A stretch of DNA of 64,000 nt, taken from the NCBI GenBank assembly GCA_963835085.1, contig CAWIED010000001.1:3262852-3326851 (forward strand), written 5' to 3'. A program made the translations under genes and the position numbers. Of the stretch, positions 55,108 to 64,000 are shown one piece after another. The stretch is from an uncultured Actinomycetota bacterium. GTDB taxonomy: Bacteria; Actinomycetota; Actinomycetes; Actinomycetales; CAWJMD01. The stretch's first letter is position 1; each line of letters begins with the position of its first letter. The notes below the pieces were generated by a model that saw only the letters and a list, made by a program, of their open reading frames with translations, was not told the origin of the DNA and made no database searches.

Positions 55108-56487
55108 TCATACCGACGAGCCAACGGGGATGGGCGCTGAGCTGACCACTGCCTTGACAGGGTGGTCTGTTGCGAAGGTGCGTTCCATCTTCGCGTAGTC
55201 GAGCTGGTTCTCCCATTTGGCGACCACGAAGGTCGCCACACAGTTGCCTAGCAGATTGACGGCCACGCGCATGGAATCCATGATCCGGTCGGCGCCGAGC
55301 AGCAGGGCGACACCCGCAACCGGGAAGATCCCGAGAGCTCCCGCCGTGGCCGAGAGTGCGAGGAACGATGAACCAGGCACACCGGCCATGCCCTTGGACG
55401 TGAGCAGCAGCACGCCCAGCGCCGCCAGCTGCTGGCCGAGGTCGAGATGAACTCCGAAAGCCTGCGACAGGAACACCAGCGAGATCGACAGGTAGATCGC
55501 CGCGCCGTCGAGGTTGAACGAATACCCGGTGGGCATCACCAGCCCGGCGACGGCACGGGAAGCGCCGGCGTCGGTCAGCTTGGTGATCATCCGGGGCAGC
55601 ACCGACTCGGTCGAGGCCGTACCGAGGGCGAGGCTGAACTCCGCGCGGGAATACCGCACGAACTTCCACAGCGGCACGCGAGCGACGAACCACGCGATGG
55701 TGAACAGCACCCCGATGAACAGCACGGCAGCCCCATAGCAGGCGGCGATGAGCTTGACGTACGTGCCGAGCGTCGCGATGCCGTACTGGCCGATGACGAA
55801 CGCCATCGCGCCGAAGGTGCCGATCGGCGCAAGCCGCATGATCCAGCCCATGATCTTGAAGATGATCGCGAGGAACGACTCCATCACATCGAGCAGTGGC
55901 CGCACCTTCTCCTGCCCGATGACGACCACCGCAGCGCCGACGAAGACCGAGAAGAAGAGCACCTGCAGCAGCGCGTTCTGGGCGAACGCATCGATGACGC
56001 TGGTCGGGATGACGTTGAGGATGAAGGTCGCGGCGTCCGTCGGCTCGGCGCCGCCGGTCTGGGCGTCCATCGCCTTGACGTCGAGGGTCGCAGGGTTGAT
56101 GTGCAATCCGGCCCCTGGCTGGACGATGTTGCCGACGAGCAGCCCGAAGAGCAGCGCGAACGTCGTTACGGAGAGGAAGTAGATCAGGGCCTTTGCGCCG
56201 ACCCGGCCGACCGCCTTGACATCGCCCATGTGCGCGATGCCGGTGATGATGACCAGGAAGATCAGCGGCGCGATGATCATCTTGATCAGCCGAATGAAGC
56301 CGTCGCCCAACGGCTTCAGCGACGAGCCGAGCCCGGGGAAGAGCACCCCGACGGTGACTCCCAAGACAATCGCCACGACGATCTGGAAGAAGAGGGACTT
56401 GTACAAGGGCTGTTTCAGTTGCAAGGTCTCCGGTGCTGCCGGAACCTCCTCGAAGAGACCCTCGGAAACCGGTGTGTGTGGCGCCAT
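55108..56487 (-). CDS. dctA: Dicarboxylate/amino acid:cation symporter (DctA-like)
   Basis: DAACS family segments PLGDGFIRLIKMIIAPLIF, SSFLALSATAGALG and ADRIMDSMRVAVNLLGN. Start set at ATG 56487. Confidence 0.85.
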   Translation of the reverse strand: MAPHTPVSEGLFEEVPAAPETLQLKQPLYKSLFFQIVVAIVLGVTVGVLFPGLGSSLKPLGDGFIRLIKMIIAPLIFLVIITGIAHMGDVKAVGRVGAKALIYFLSVTTFALLFGLLVGNIVQPGAGLHINPATLDVKAMDAQTGGAEPTDAATFILNVIPTSVIDAFAQNALLQVLFFSVFVGAAVVVIGQEKVRPLLDVMESFLAIIFKIMGWIMRLAPIGTFGAMAFVIGQYGIATLGTYVKLIAACYGAAVLFIGVLFTIAWFVARVPLWKFVRYSRAEFSLALGTASTESVLPRMITKLTDAGASRAVAGLVMPTGYSFNLDGAAIYLSISLVFLSQAFGVHLDLGQQLAALGVLLLTSKGMAGVPGSSFLALSATAGALGIFPVAGVALLLGADRIMDSMRVAVNLLGNCVATFVVAKWENQLDYAKMERTFATDHPVKAVVSSAPIPVGSSV

Positions 56488-56610
56488 GAGCTCGTCCTCC
56501 TGTTCACTTGCTGAGAATGGTTGGGACGAGTCAGACGGCTCTGCGTTTCTTGAGCCATGGCCCACCGTTACGGGCGGGTTAACTCTCGGATATATCTGGC
56601 GGGCCCGATC

Positions 56611-57969
56611 ATGAGGCGCGAGCCCAGTGGCCCTATTGGCGATTCACCGTCGGATTGCCACACTGGTCGGGTGAGCTTCTGGAGCTGGTCGACTCCCCAA
56701 GGCGAGAACCTGCTCGGGCCGCACCTGCGTTCGCGCCTTGATTTCATCGCCGACCTACGCTCGCGCATCTTGTTCCTGTTCGTCGCCGGCATCTGGCTGG
56801 TCTTCCTGGTTCGTCCCGTGCAAGAGGCCTGGGCAGCTACCGGGGTGAGGAAGTATCTCGGCACCACGGTGATCCTCGCCTTCGCGATCTGTTATCTATG
56901 GCACTTCCAGAGATCGCGGCGGTTCGCCTGGTCGGGCCATTGCCCGCCGGCCTCGTCGGGACGCGGCGGGCGGCTGGCACGTTGGGGTCTGCTGTTGGTC
57001 TTGGCGGTGGTCAGTACCCTGCTGACGGGTCAAGATGCCGCGGGCACGATGAGTGTCTTCCTCGGCGTGGCGGCGTTGTGGACGTTCCGCATGCCGGTGG
57101 CGCTGCCCGTGGCGGCCGTGCTGGCGACCGGCTACTACGTGGCAACCCTCAAGGTGTCGGGGTGGCAGCCGGACGCGTCCACCTCCGTCAGCATGGCGCT
57201 GTCGATCCTGGCTGTGATGGGCGGCATCCTGTCCGCCCGTAGGGGGGCGGCGCTGTCGGCGGCACGGCAGGAGAACGCGTTGCTGGCCATCGAGGAGGAG
57301 CGCAACCGGGTAGCGCGCGACGTGCACGACATCCTCGGCCACACCCTCACCGTGATCCGGGTCAAGGCCGAGTTGGCGGCTGCGCTCATCGACGTCTCAC
57401 CCGAGCGGGCCAAGGCCGAGGTGCTGGCGTTGGAGGAACTGTCCCGCGAGGCGTTGTCCGATGTGCGAAGGGCAGTTGAAGGCTTCCGAGAGATCTCACT
57501 GCCTGGCGAGCTCGCCCGGGCCCGGAGGGCGCTAGCCGCCGCCGACATCACGGCGTCGGTGCCCGGGAGCGTCGACGAGGTGCCGGCCGACCTGCGCGAG
57601 CTGTACGCCTGGGCTGTGCGCGAGGCAACGACGAACGTGGTGCGGCACAGCGCTGCGAGCGCCTGCTCGATCTCCTTCGATCACAGTGGGCTCACCATCT
57701 CCGACAACGGTCGCGGCGCCGACCCGGATCGGGCGCGCCAGGGTTTGGTAGGGCTGCGCGAGCGGGCCCACGCAGGCGGTGCCGTGGTGATCACTCGCTC
57801 GCTGGACCCTGGTTTCGAGCTGACCGTGCGACCGACTCGACCGGCCTCGCCACGACCTGCCCCGCAATCCCGCGGGGTCAACGTCGTGAAGTCCGGCTCG
57901 ACGGCTCGGACCGCAGCCGGCGGCACTCAGGCAGCGGGCACGAGGCCTGCTGGGAATCCCGCTTCATAG
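56611..57969 (+). CDS. Membrane sensor histidine kinase (HisKA_3, DesK-like)
   Basis: H-box ERNRVARDVHDILGHTLTVI. ATPase region NVVRHSAA...DNGRGA...GLVGLRERA. Start is ATG 56611 or upstream. Confidence 0.8.
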   Translation: MRREPSGPIGDSPSDCHTGRVSFWSWSTPQGENLLGPHLRSRLDFIADLRSRILFLFVAGIWLVFLVRPVQEAWAATGVRKYLGTTVILAFAICYLWHFQRSRRFAWSGHCPPASSGRGGRLARWGLLLVLAVVSTLLTGQDAAGTMSVFLGVAALWTFRMPVALPVAAVLATGYYVATLKVSGWQPDASTSVSMALSILAVMGGILSARRGAALSAARQENALLAIEEERNRVARDVHDILGHTLTVIRVKAELAAALIDVSPERAKAEVLALEELSREALSDVRRAVEGFREISLPGELARARRALAAADITASVPGSVDEVPADLRELYAWAVREATTNVVRHSAASACSISFDHSGLTISDNGRGADPDRARQGLVGLRERAHAGGAVVITRSLDPGFELTVRPTRPASPRPAPQSRGVNVVKSGSTARTAAGGTQAAGTRPAGNPAS

Positions 57970-57994
57970 CGTGTCCTGTTCATAGAGTGTCCTG
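57963..57994. repeat. 16-bp tandem duplication at the kinase stop / regulator start junction
   Basis: TTCATAGCGTGTCCTG then TTCATAGAGTGTCCTG (15/16). The first unit contains the kinase TAG stop. GTG 57995 follows directly. Confidence 0.85.
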
Positions 57995-58609
57995 GTGAGC
58001 GAGTCCATCAAGGTAGCCATCGTCGACGACCAGGCGCTCATCCGTGGGGCCCTCGCCGCCCTGCTCGACCTCGAGCCCGACCTCACGGTGGTGGGCGAGG
58101 CAGGCTCGGGTGAGGACGCGCTGGCGATGGTGCGGGCCAGCCGTCCAGACGTGGTGTTGATGGACGTCGAGCTGCCAGGCATCGACGGCATCGAGGCCAC
58201 CGAGCAGATCGTCAAGGCCCGGCTGGGCACGAGAGTCCTGGTGGTCACGACGTTCGGTCGGCCGGGCTACCTTCGCCGGGCCCTGCAGGCGGGCGCCTCG
58301 GGCTTCATGGTCAAGGACACCCCGGCCAAGCAACTCGCCGACGCCGTCCGGCGCATTCAGAGCGGTCTGCGGGTGGTCGATCCCGACCTGGCAGCCGACT
58401 CGCTGGTCTCCGGGGAATCCCCGCTGACGAGCCGTGAGACGGAGGTTCTGCGGGCCGCCCGGCAAGGCGGGACCGTCAGCGACATCGCCAAGGGGGTACA
58501 CCTGTCGGAGGGCACCGTGCGCAACCACCTGTCAGCGGTGATCGGCAAGACCAATGCCCGCAACCGCGCCGACGCCGTCCGCATCGCCGAAGCGAACGGC
58601 TGGCTCTGA
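57995..58609 (+). CDS. LuxR/NarL-family response regulator (DesR-like)
   Basis: Receiver IKVAIVDDQALIRG...VVLMDVELPGIDG. HTH LTSRETEVLRAARQGGTVSDIAKGVHLSEGTVRNHLSAVIGKT. Confidence 0.9.
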   Translation: MSESIKVAIVDDQALIRGALAALLDLEPDLTVVGEAGSGEDALAMVRASRPDVVLMDVELPGIDGIEATEQIVKARLGTRVLVVTTFGRPGYLRRALQAGASGFMVKDTPAKQLADAVRRIQSGLRVVDPDLAADSLVSGESPLTSRETEVLRAARQGGTVSDIAKGVHLSEGTVRNHLSAVIGKTNARNRADAVRIAEANGWL

Positions 58610-59020
58610 GCGGTCAACCTGCGCAACGCTCGCGGTCAGTCGCCGGTGGGCGCCACCTTCCCCCAGCAGTCGACGCTGCGCCTCGAAGGCTTGGGGTCGC
58701 CCGTTCTGGGCTTAATAGCGACTTGGTTTCAAGGTTAGGCGATTCGCGGGGTAACTCCCTCCACTGACGGGGGGTTTTGAGTCGCTATGGCGGTGCCCCA
58801 CGTGGCGGGGCATCGACATAGCGCCCGAAGCCCATCGTGTTTCCTCGGCCTGCGGTTAGCAATCGCCCGTAACGGATGAGCTCTTCGGTGCCCCGAACGC
58901 CTGCTGCGGTCGGCGATGTGCCGCTAGGTGACCTCGGGGACGCATCGGCGCAGCCCGGAACCGCAGCAGCCTGCGAAAGTCACGGGCAGCGATCCGGGCG
59001 GGCCTGGTTGACTGTGTGCC

Positions 59021-60241
59021 ATGCGACCGATCGTTCAGAGCAAGAAGCTGCAGCATGTCCGCTACGACGTCAGGGGTCCGATCCTCGTCGAGGCCCAGCG
59101 GTTGGAGGCAGAGGGCCACAAGATTCTCAAGCTGAACATCGGCAACACCGCACCGTTCGGGTTCGAGGCGCCCGAGGCGATTCTCGCGGACATGATCCAT
59201 CACCTGCCCAACGCCCAGGGCTACTCCGATTCGCGCGGCATCTACAGCGCTCGCACAGCGGTTGCGCAGTACTACCAGTCGCGCGGGCTCACCGGCACTC
59301 AGGTGGACGATGTCTACATCGGCAATGGCGTCTCCGAGCTGATCTCGATGGTGCTGCAGACGTTCATCGATGACGGCAACGAGATTCTCGTGCCCGCGCC
59401 CGACTACCCGCTCTGGACGGGCGCCATCTCGCTGTGTGGAGGCACCCCGGTGCACTATCGCTGCGATGAGGAGAACGGCTGGAACCCCGATCTGGCCGAC
59501 ATCGAGGCCAAGATCACTGACAAGACCCATGCGCTCGTGGTGATCAACCCGAACAACCCGACGGGGGCGGTGTACAGCAAGGAGACGGTGAAGGCCCTCG
59601 TCGACATCGCCCGGCGGCACGAGCTCGTGATCATGGCCGACGAGATCTACGAGAAGATCATCTTCGACGATGCCGCGCACCACCACGTGGCCACCTACGC
59701 CGGCGACGACGTTCTCTGCCTGACGTTCTCGGGCCTGTCCAAGGCGTACCGGGTGTGCGGCTATCGGGCCGGCTGGGTGATGATCTCGGGGCCGAAGCAC
59801 ATGGCCACCGACTTCCTGGAGGGCCTCACTCTCTTGGCCAACATGCGCATGTGCGCCAATGTGCCGGCTCAACACGCCATTCAGACCGCACTCGGCGGCT
59901 ACCAGTCCGTCACCGAATTGACTGTGCCCGGCGGCCGCTTCTACGAGCAGTCGAAACTGGCGTCGAAGCTCCTCAACGAGATTCCCGGCGTCAGTTGTGT
60001 AGAGCCCAAGGGTGCGCTCTATTGCTTTCCCAGGCTTGACCCCGAGGTCTACCCCATTACCGACGACGAGGCTTTCGTCATCGATCTGCTGCGGGCCAAG
60101 AAGATCCTGGTCACCCACGGCACCGGCTTCAACTGGTTCGAGCCCGACCACTTCAGGCTGGTCACGTTGCCCGACCTAGACATGCTCACGGAGGCCATCG
60201 GGCGCATCGCCGACTTCCTCAGCACCCGCCGGGTGGGCTGA
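59021..60241 (+). CDS. PLP-dependent aminotransferase, AlaA-like (class I/II)
   Basis: NIGNTAPFGF, INPNNPTGAVY and the PLP lysine context FSGLSKAYRVCGYRAGW resemble alanine/glutamate-pyruvate aminotransferases. Confidence 0.85.
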   Translation: MRPIVQSKKLQHVRYDVRGPILVEAQRLEAEGHKILKLNIGNTAPFGFEAPEAILADMIHHLPNAQGYSDSRGIYSARTAVAQYYQSRGLTGTQVDDVYIGNGVSELISMVLQTFIDDGNEILVPAPDYPLWTGAISLCGGTPVHYRCDEENGWNPDLADIEAKITDKTHALVVINPNNPTGAVYSKETVKALVDIARRHELVIMADEIYEKIIFDDAAHHHVATYAGDDVLCLTFSGLSKAYRVCGYRAGWVMISGPKHMATDFLEGLTLLANMRMCANVPAQHAIQTALGGYQSVTELTVPGGRFYEQSKLASKLLNEIPGVSCVEPKGALYCFPRLDPEVYPITDDEAFVIDLLRAKKILVTHGTGFNWFEPDHFRLVTLPDLDMLTEAIGRIADFLSTRRVG

Positions 60242-60292
60242 CGGCGCCGCTGGTCGCCGTCGGGCTTGCGACTGTGCAGGTCCCGGCGGCGA

Positions 60293-61324
60293 TCAGGCGG
60301 GCACAGCGGGTGTGAGCTCGCGCAGCCCTGGCACGACCTGCTCGGTGAACGTGCGCAGGAAACGTCGCTGGTCGTGGCCGGGGCCGTGAAACACCAGGTG
60401 GTCGAAGCCGAGGTCGGTGTACTCCTTGACCGCGGCCACGACCTCTTCCGGCCGGGACGACACGATCCACCGCTTGGCCACCTGCTCGATCGGCAATTCG
60501 TCGGCCGCCTTCTCCATCGCCGCCGGCGAATCGAGCGAGTGCTTCTGCTCGGCGCTCAACGACAACGGAGCCCAGAACCGGGTGTTCTCCAAGGCCAATT
60601 CGGGGTCGGGATCGAAAGAGACCTTGATCTCGATCATGCGGTCGATGGCGTCCGGCTGCCTGCCCGCCTTGGCCAGGCCCTCGTCCACAGCAGGAATGAG
60701 CTGGTCGGCGTATAGCGAGTGGCCCTTGCCCGAGGTGCAGATGAAACCGTCGCCCACGCGACCGGCGTAGCGGGCGACCAGGGGGCCGCCGGCGGCCACG
60801 TAGACCAACACGGGCCGGTCGGGGCGGTCATAGATGGCAGCATCGTGCGTCTGGTAGTACTCGCCATCGAAGTCGACGCGGTCTTTCGTCCAGAGTTCGC
60901 GCATCAGGCGCACCGATTCGCGGAGCCGAGCGAATCGCTCTTTGAAGTCTGGCCACGAACCGTCGGACACCGAGCCCACAGCGATCTCGTTGAGCGCCTC
61001 CCCCGAGCCCACGCCGAGCATCACCCGGCCGGGTGCCAGGCAGGCCAGGGTGGCGAACGACTGGGCGATGACGGCCGGGTTGTACCGGAAGGTAGGGGTG
61101 AGTACGGATGTGCCGAGCAGCACCCGCTCGGTACGCGCTGCCACGTACGAGAGCCATACCAAGGAGTTCGGCGCGTGCCCGCCCTGCAGTCGCCAAGGCT
61201 GGAAGTGGTCGGAGATCGTCACCGAGTCGAGACCCAGCTCCTCTGCCAGCACCGCGTAGCCGGCCAGTTGTACCGGGTCGAACTGCTCCGCCGAGGCCTT
61301 GTAACCGATTCGAAGTTCACCCAT
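60293..61324 (-). CDS. fgd: F420-dependent glucose-6-phosphate dehydrogenase (LLM class)
   Basis: [50 protein letters not shown] and [14 protein letters not shown] closely match mycobacterial Fgd1 as I recall it. Confidence 0.85.
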   Translation of the reverse strand: MGELRIGYKASAEQFDPVQLAGYAVLAEELGLDSVTISDHFQPWRLQGGHAPNSLVWLSYVAARTERVLLGTSVLTPTFRYNPAVIAQSFATLACLAPGRVMLGVGSGEALNEIAVGSVSDGSWPDFKERFARLRESVRLMRELWTKDRVDFDGEYYQTHDAAIYDRPDRPVLVYVAAGGPLVARYAGRVGDGFICTSGKGHSLYADQLIPAVDEGLAKAGRQPDAIDRMIEIKVSFDPDPELALENTRFWAPLSLSAEQKHSLDSPAAMEKAADELPIEQVAKRWIVSSRPEEVVAAVKEYTDLGFDHLVFHGPGHDQRRFLRTFTEQVVPGLRELTPAVPA

Positions 61325-61440
61325 CGCACGCACCGCCTGTCTCGCCCGGTTTTCGTCCGTTCTCCACCTTAGTGCGACGGCTCTTCACAGCTTCGCCGTG
61401 CGGTTGAAGCGGGCCCGCTGGGGCTGAGCAGGTTCCTGCG

Positions 61441-62181
61441 TCACCCGAGGGTGTGGGCTCCGTTGACCGTGATCCGCTGGCCGCTGACGAAGCCGGCGGC
61501 ATCGGAGGCCAGATAACCGACCATACCTGCTATGTCAGCCGGCGTGCCCATGCGGCCGATCGGCACGTCGCGACGATAGGCCTCGGTATCGGCTCCGACA
61601 TGCCGCTCCACCGGAATGAACCCCGGCGCGACGAGATTGACTGTGACGCCGTGCGGGCCAAGCTCGCGGGACCACACCTTGACCAGCCCGTGTTGCGCCG
61701 CTTTCGCCGCGCTATAGGCCGACCACAACGGCTTGGCCCGGTCGACCATGTCCGACCCGACGAGGATGACCCGGCCGAAGTGATGCTCCTTCATCGTCGG
61801 CAGCGCTGCCTGGACCAGAAGCGTCGGGCTCTTCACGAAGTAGGTCAACTGGTCGAGGTGGGTCTGCCAACTCAGCTCTTCCACCGGCGTCGGCGGCTGC
61901 GGACCGGTCGCGTTGGCAACCACCGCCAGCACCGGCCCCAGCTCCGTTCCAGCCCGCGAGACCAACTCGGCGACGTCGGCCTCCTCGGTTGCGTCGCCAC
62001 GGTAGGCGGCAGCCCGCCCACCGGCTGCCCGGATGCCCGCCACCACTGCGTCGGCAGCTTGGACGTCGTTGCGATAGTTGATCGCGACTGCCCAGCCCTC
62101 GTCGGCTAGCGTGCGCGCGATCACCGCGCCCAATCCACGAGAGGCACCGGTCACGACCGCCGTTCGAGTCACGATCGCCAC
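61441..62181 (-). CDS. SDR family oxidoreductase (FabG-like)
   Basis: TGASRGLG cofactor motif, catalytic YSAAKAA, and a PG motif. Confidence 0.85.
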   Translation of the reverse strand: MAIVTRTAVVTGASRGLGAVIARTLADEGWAVAINYRNDVQAADAVVAGIRAAGGRAAAYRGDATEEADVAELVSRAGTELGPVLAVVANATGPQPPTPVEELSWQTHLDQLTYFVKSPTLLVQAALPTMKEHHFGRVILVGSDMVDRAKPLWSAYSAAKAAQHGLVKVWSRELGPHGVTVNLVAPGFIPVERHVGADTEAYRRDVPIGRMGTPADIAGMVGYLASDAAGFVSGQRITVNGAHTLG

Positions 62182-62365
62182 CTTAAGACCAATTCTTGCA
62201 AGCGCAGCCCAGAAGGACCCTTGTCTGTGGCAATCCGGCAGTCATGACCCCTGATTCGTTCGTGCTCGAGTGGACGTGCTTGGTTGGTGCCAACCGCGTG
62301 AAAAACGCTGCGTCCGGCACCCCCAAGCCACGCCACCACGGCACGGCCTACTTCGCCGGTGCTGA

Positions 62366-62660
62366 GCGCGGGCGCTGGCGGAGTGCCTGGCAAGGCGGAG
62401 TCGCGAGGGCGTGGCGGAGCCACGTCGATCGACGACAACACCGCCAGGTGCCCACCCCCTGGCCAAGCAGCGCGCGGGCGCTGGCGGAGTGCCTGGCAAG
62501 GCGGAGTCGCGAGGGCGTGGCGGAGCCACGTCGATCGACGACAACACCGCCAGGTGCCCACCCCCTGGCCAAGCAGCGCGCGGGCGCTGGCGGAGTGCCT
62601 GGCAAGGCGGAGTCGCGAGGGCGTGGCGGAGCCACGTTGAGTGACGACAACGCCGCCAGG
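62366..62660. repeat. Non-coding 106-bp tandem repeat, about 2.8 copies
   Basis: Units 62366-62471 and 62472-62577 are identical. The third unit (from 62578) matches for about 60 nt and then diverges with substitutions. The period is not a multiple of 3. Each unit carries GGCGGAG three times. Confidence 0.9.
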
Positions 62661-62764
62661 CGCTCCGCCAGCGCCCGCGCACGTATCCATTTGGCAAGGG
62701 GGTGGCGGAGCGGGCAGGGTGTGAGGGTCGCCACCTGGCGGCCCGATGAGCGAGGTGAGGATGT

Positions 62765-62950
62765 ATGTCCGAAGAGAAACCTGCCACCGACGCCCTGGCT
62801 GACCAGAAGGCGAAGATGCGAGAAGCGCTGGACCGCAAGAAGTCCAAGGAACACGCCACAGCCGAAGGGGCCCGCAACACCGGCTCTGTGCACGGTACGG
62901 AACTGCCCGGTTCGGCGGGGCCCAAGATGTTCCGTCGCAAGTCAGGCTGA
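62765..62950 (+). CDS. Small conserved actinobacterial protein (DUF5302-like)
   Basis: 61 aa. MREALDRKKSKEHATAEG...PKMFRRKSG matches the family pattern as I recall it. SD GAGGTGAGGA upstream. Confidence 0.7.
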   Translation: MSEEKPATDALADQKAKMREALDRKKSKEHATAEGARNTGSVHGTELPGSAGPKMFRRKSG

Positions 62951-62966
62951 TCACTCTCAGCCTGAC
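62941..62966 (+). terminator. Hairpin spanning the stop codon of the small gene (10-bp perfect stem, no U-tract)
   Basis: GTCAGGCTGA-tcactc-TCAGCCTGAC. Confidence 0.4.
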
Positions 62967-62983
62967 TGCCCCGGCTCGGGCCC

Positions 62984-63015
62984 GCGGCACGCCGTTCTGA
63001 GCGCAGGCGTGCCGC
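62984..63015. terminator. Hairpin between convergent genes (10-bp perfect stem)
   Basis: GCGGCACGCC-gttctgagcgca-GGCGTGCCGC. Ends 7 nt before the stop at 63022. Confidence 0.45.
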
Positions 63016-63021
63016 TCCCGG

Positions 63022-64000
63022 CTACAGCGGCGTCGTCCACCAGCGCAGCTCGGCCACGGGCTCGGGCTCGCATCGGCAGATCACGCTCAGCCGATGCGGA
63101 GAGGCCACGAACACCACATCGAACGCGAAGACCTGAGGTTCGACCCAGCCGCCTGCCACAGCCACGTCAGGCAGGGTGCGGGCGAACCGGTCCGCCTCCA
63201 CCAGGTCGGGCCAGCTGTTCAGCTGCCAGTCGGATGTCAGGTCGAGGTCGAGCAGCCGGCCGTCGCGCCAGCAGAGAGTGAGCGATCCGCTCGCGTCAGC
63301 CGTTCGGGCGGGCCCGACCTCTATCCAGGCAAGGTCGAGGAACGGTTTCCGCTCGGCGATCGGAAAGCGTTGCCGCGCAATGCCTGTGGCCGCCACAGTG
63401 GAATCCACGTTCGGCGGCGGGGCGATTGCCAGGGCCGTGGTCTCCCAGGCGGCCGCGCTGCCCCCGGATCCATCGGTTGCAGTCGCTGGTGCGAACTCCC
63501 CGACCTCAGAGCTTCCGGGCTCTGCCGGCACAGCGTCAAGGCCTGGCAACAGGTACTGCCAGAACAGGTCGGCCAGCGCCTGCATCTGTTCAGTCTGTGA
63601 CGTGGTGACGATGACCAGATCGGCCCACGGCACGACCACCATGAATTGCCCGAAGGCCCCGTCGCCGCGGTAGGCATCGTGCCGGCAGCGCCACAGCTGA
63701 AAGCCGTAGCCCTGCTGCCAGTCGACGTTCTCCTGCCGGCTGGCGTTGGCCACCTGAGCCCGGCTGGCCTCTGCCACGAACCACTCGGGCAGCAGTTGCT
63801 GGTGTCCCCACCGACCGTGCTGCAGATACAGCAGGCCGAGGCGGGCAATGTCCGACGTCCGGGCGTGCAGCCCAGAAAAGCCCTGCTCCAGCGAACCGAG
63901 CAGCTTCCAGTGCACGTCAGCGATCCCGATCGGATCGAACAACCGGGGACGCAGGTACGCGCTCAACTGCTCGCCTGTGGTCTCGGCCACGATGGCCGAC
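63022..64000 (-). CDS. Serine hydrolase (beta-lactamase family), 5'-truncated by the window end, with an extra C-terminal domain
   Basis: YGFQLWRCRHDAYRGDGAFGQFMVVVP is typical of the class-C beta-lactamase/esterase fold C-terminal region. The reading frame remains open to base 64000. Confidence 0.75.
   Translation of the reverse strand, partial: SAIVAETTGEQLSAYLRPRLFDPIGIADVHWKLLGSLEQGFSGLHARTSDIARLGLLYLQHGRWGHQQLLPEWFVAEASRAQVANASRQENVDWQQGYGFQLWRCRHDAYRGDGAFGQFMVVVPWADLVIVTTSQTEQMQALADLFWQYLLPGLDAVPAEPGSSEVGEFAPATATDGSGGSAAAWETTALAIAPPPNVDSTVAATGIARQRFPIAERKPFLDLAWIEVGPARTADASGSLTLCWRDGRLLDLDLTSDWQLNSWPDLVEADRFARTLPDVAVAGGWVEPQVFAFDVVFVASPHRLSVICRCEPEPVAELRWWTTPL

Noticed and set aside
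62366-62660. Possibility that the repeat array is a CRISPR.
   Set aside because: The units are contiguous 106-bp copies with no unique spacers (the first two units are fully identical). The period is far longer than a CRISPR repeat, and no cas genes are present in the window.
62169-63281. Several 180-361-aa ORFs on both strands across the SDR/DUF5302 intergenic region.
   Set aside because: They read through the 106-bp tandem repeat, whose period is not a multiple of 3. The same DNA is therefore translated in three frames within one ORF, which is incompatible with a conserved protein. Only the 61-aa ORF 62765..62950 has an SD and a family-like sequence.

Overview
This is a high-GC (by eye, not computed), densely coding chromosomal segment of actinobacterial type. 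The assignment rests on a BldC-type regulator, F420-dependent glucose-6-phosphate dehydrogenase, a PspC-domain histidine-kinase locus, a PIG-L deacetylase and a leaderless-type promoter. I can support about 60 protein genes on both strands and a tRNA-Glu/Asp/Phe cluster. I recognise no rRNA, CRISPR, cas, transposase, integrase or phage genes.

Gene content is mostly housekeeping, transport and regulation:
- Core metabolism: purC, purF, pgm, pheA, fgd and several aminotransferases.
- Signalling: three HisKA_3 kinase / LuxR-type response-regulator pairs.
- Transport: an ABC-2 exporter, DctA, BenE, EamA and TerC.
- Single-component regulators: LysR, MerR, DeoR, MocR, PucR and LuxR-GAF.

Many long ORFs in the six-frame track are antisense or off-frame artefacts of the GC content and were not called.

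I do not see a clear-cut new multi-gene system such as a defence island. The most interesting unexplained signals are:
1. A non-coding 106-bp tandem array (about 2.8 copies) carrying a recurring GGCGGAG motif and closed by a 26-bp inverted repeat, upstream of a small conserved gene.
2. Two copies of a ~97-bp element with 22-bp terminal inverted repeats (MITE-like).
3. Two copies of a 73-bp element that starts right after stop codons.
4. A twice-repeated gene triad (LuxR-GAF regulator, BBE-type FAD oxidase, class-V PLP enzyme) around a PIG-L deacetylase.
5. A 925-aa orphan all-alpha protein with an in-frame 18-bp x4 repeat.
6. A candidate Mn-riboswitch-like leader before terC.
7. A PspC / PspC-kinase / LuxR module whose two divergent genes both carry short coding tandem repeats.
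8. Two genes broken by single-base frameshifts within the first 8 kb.

All family assignments come from motif recognition by eye. No database search was run.
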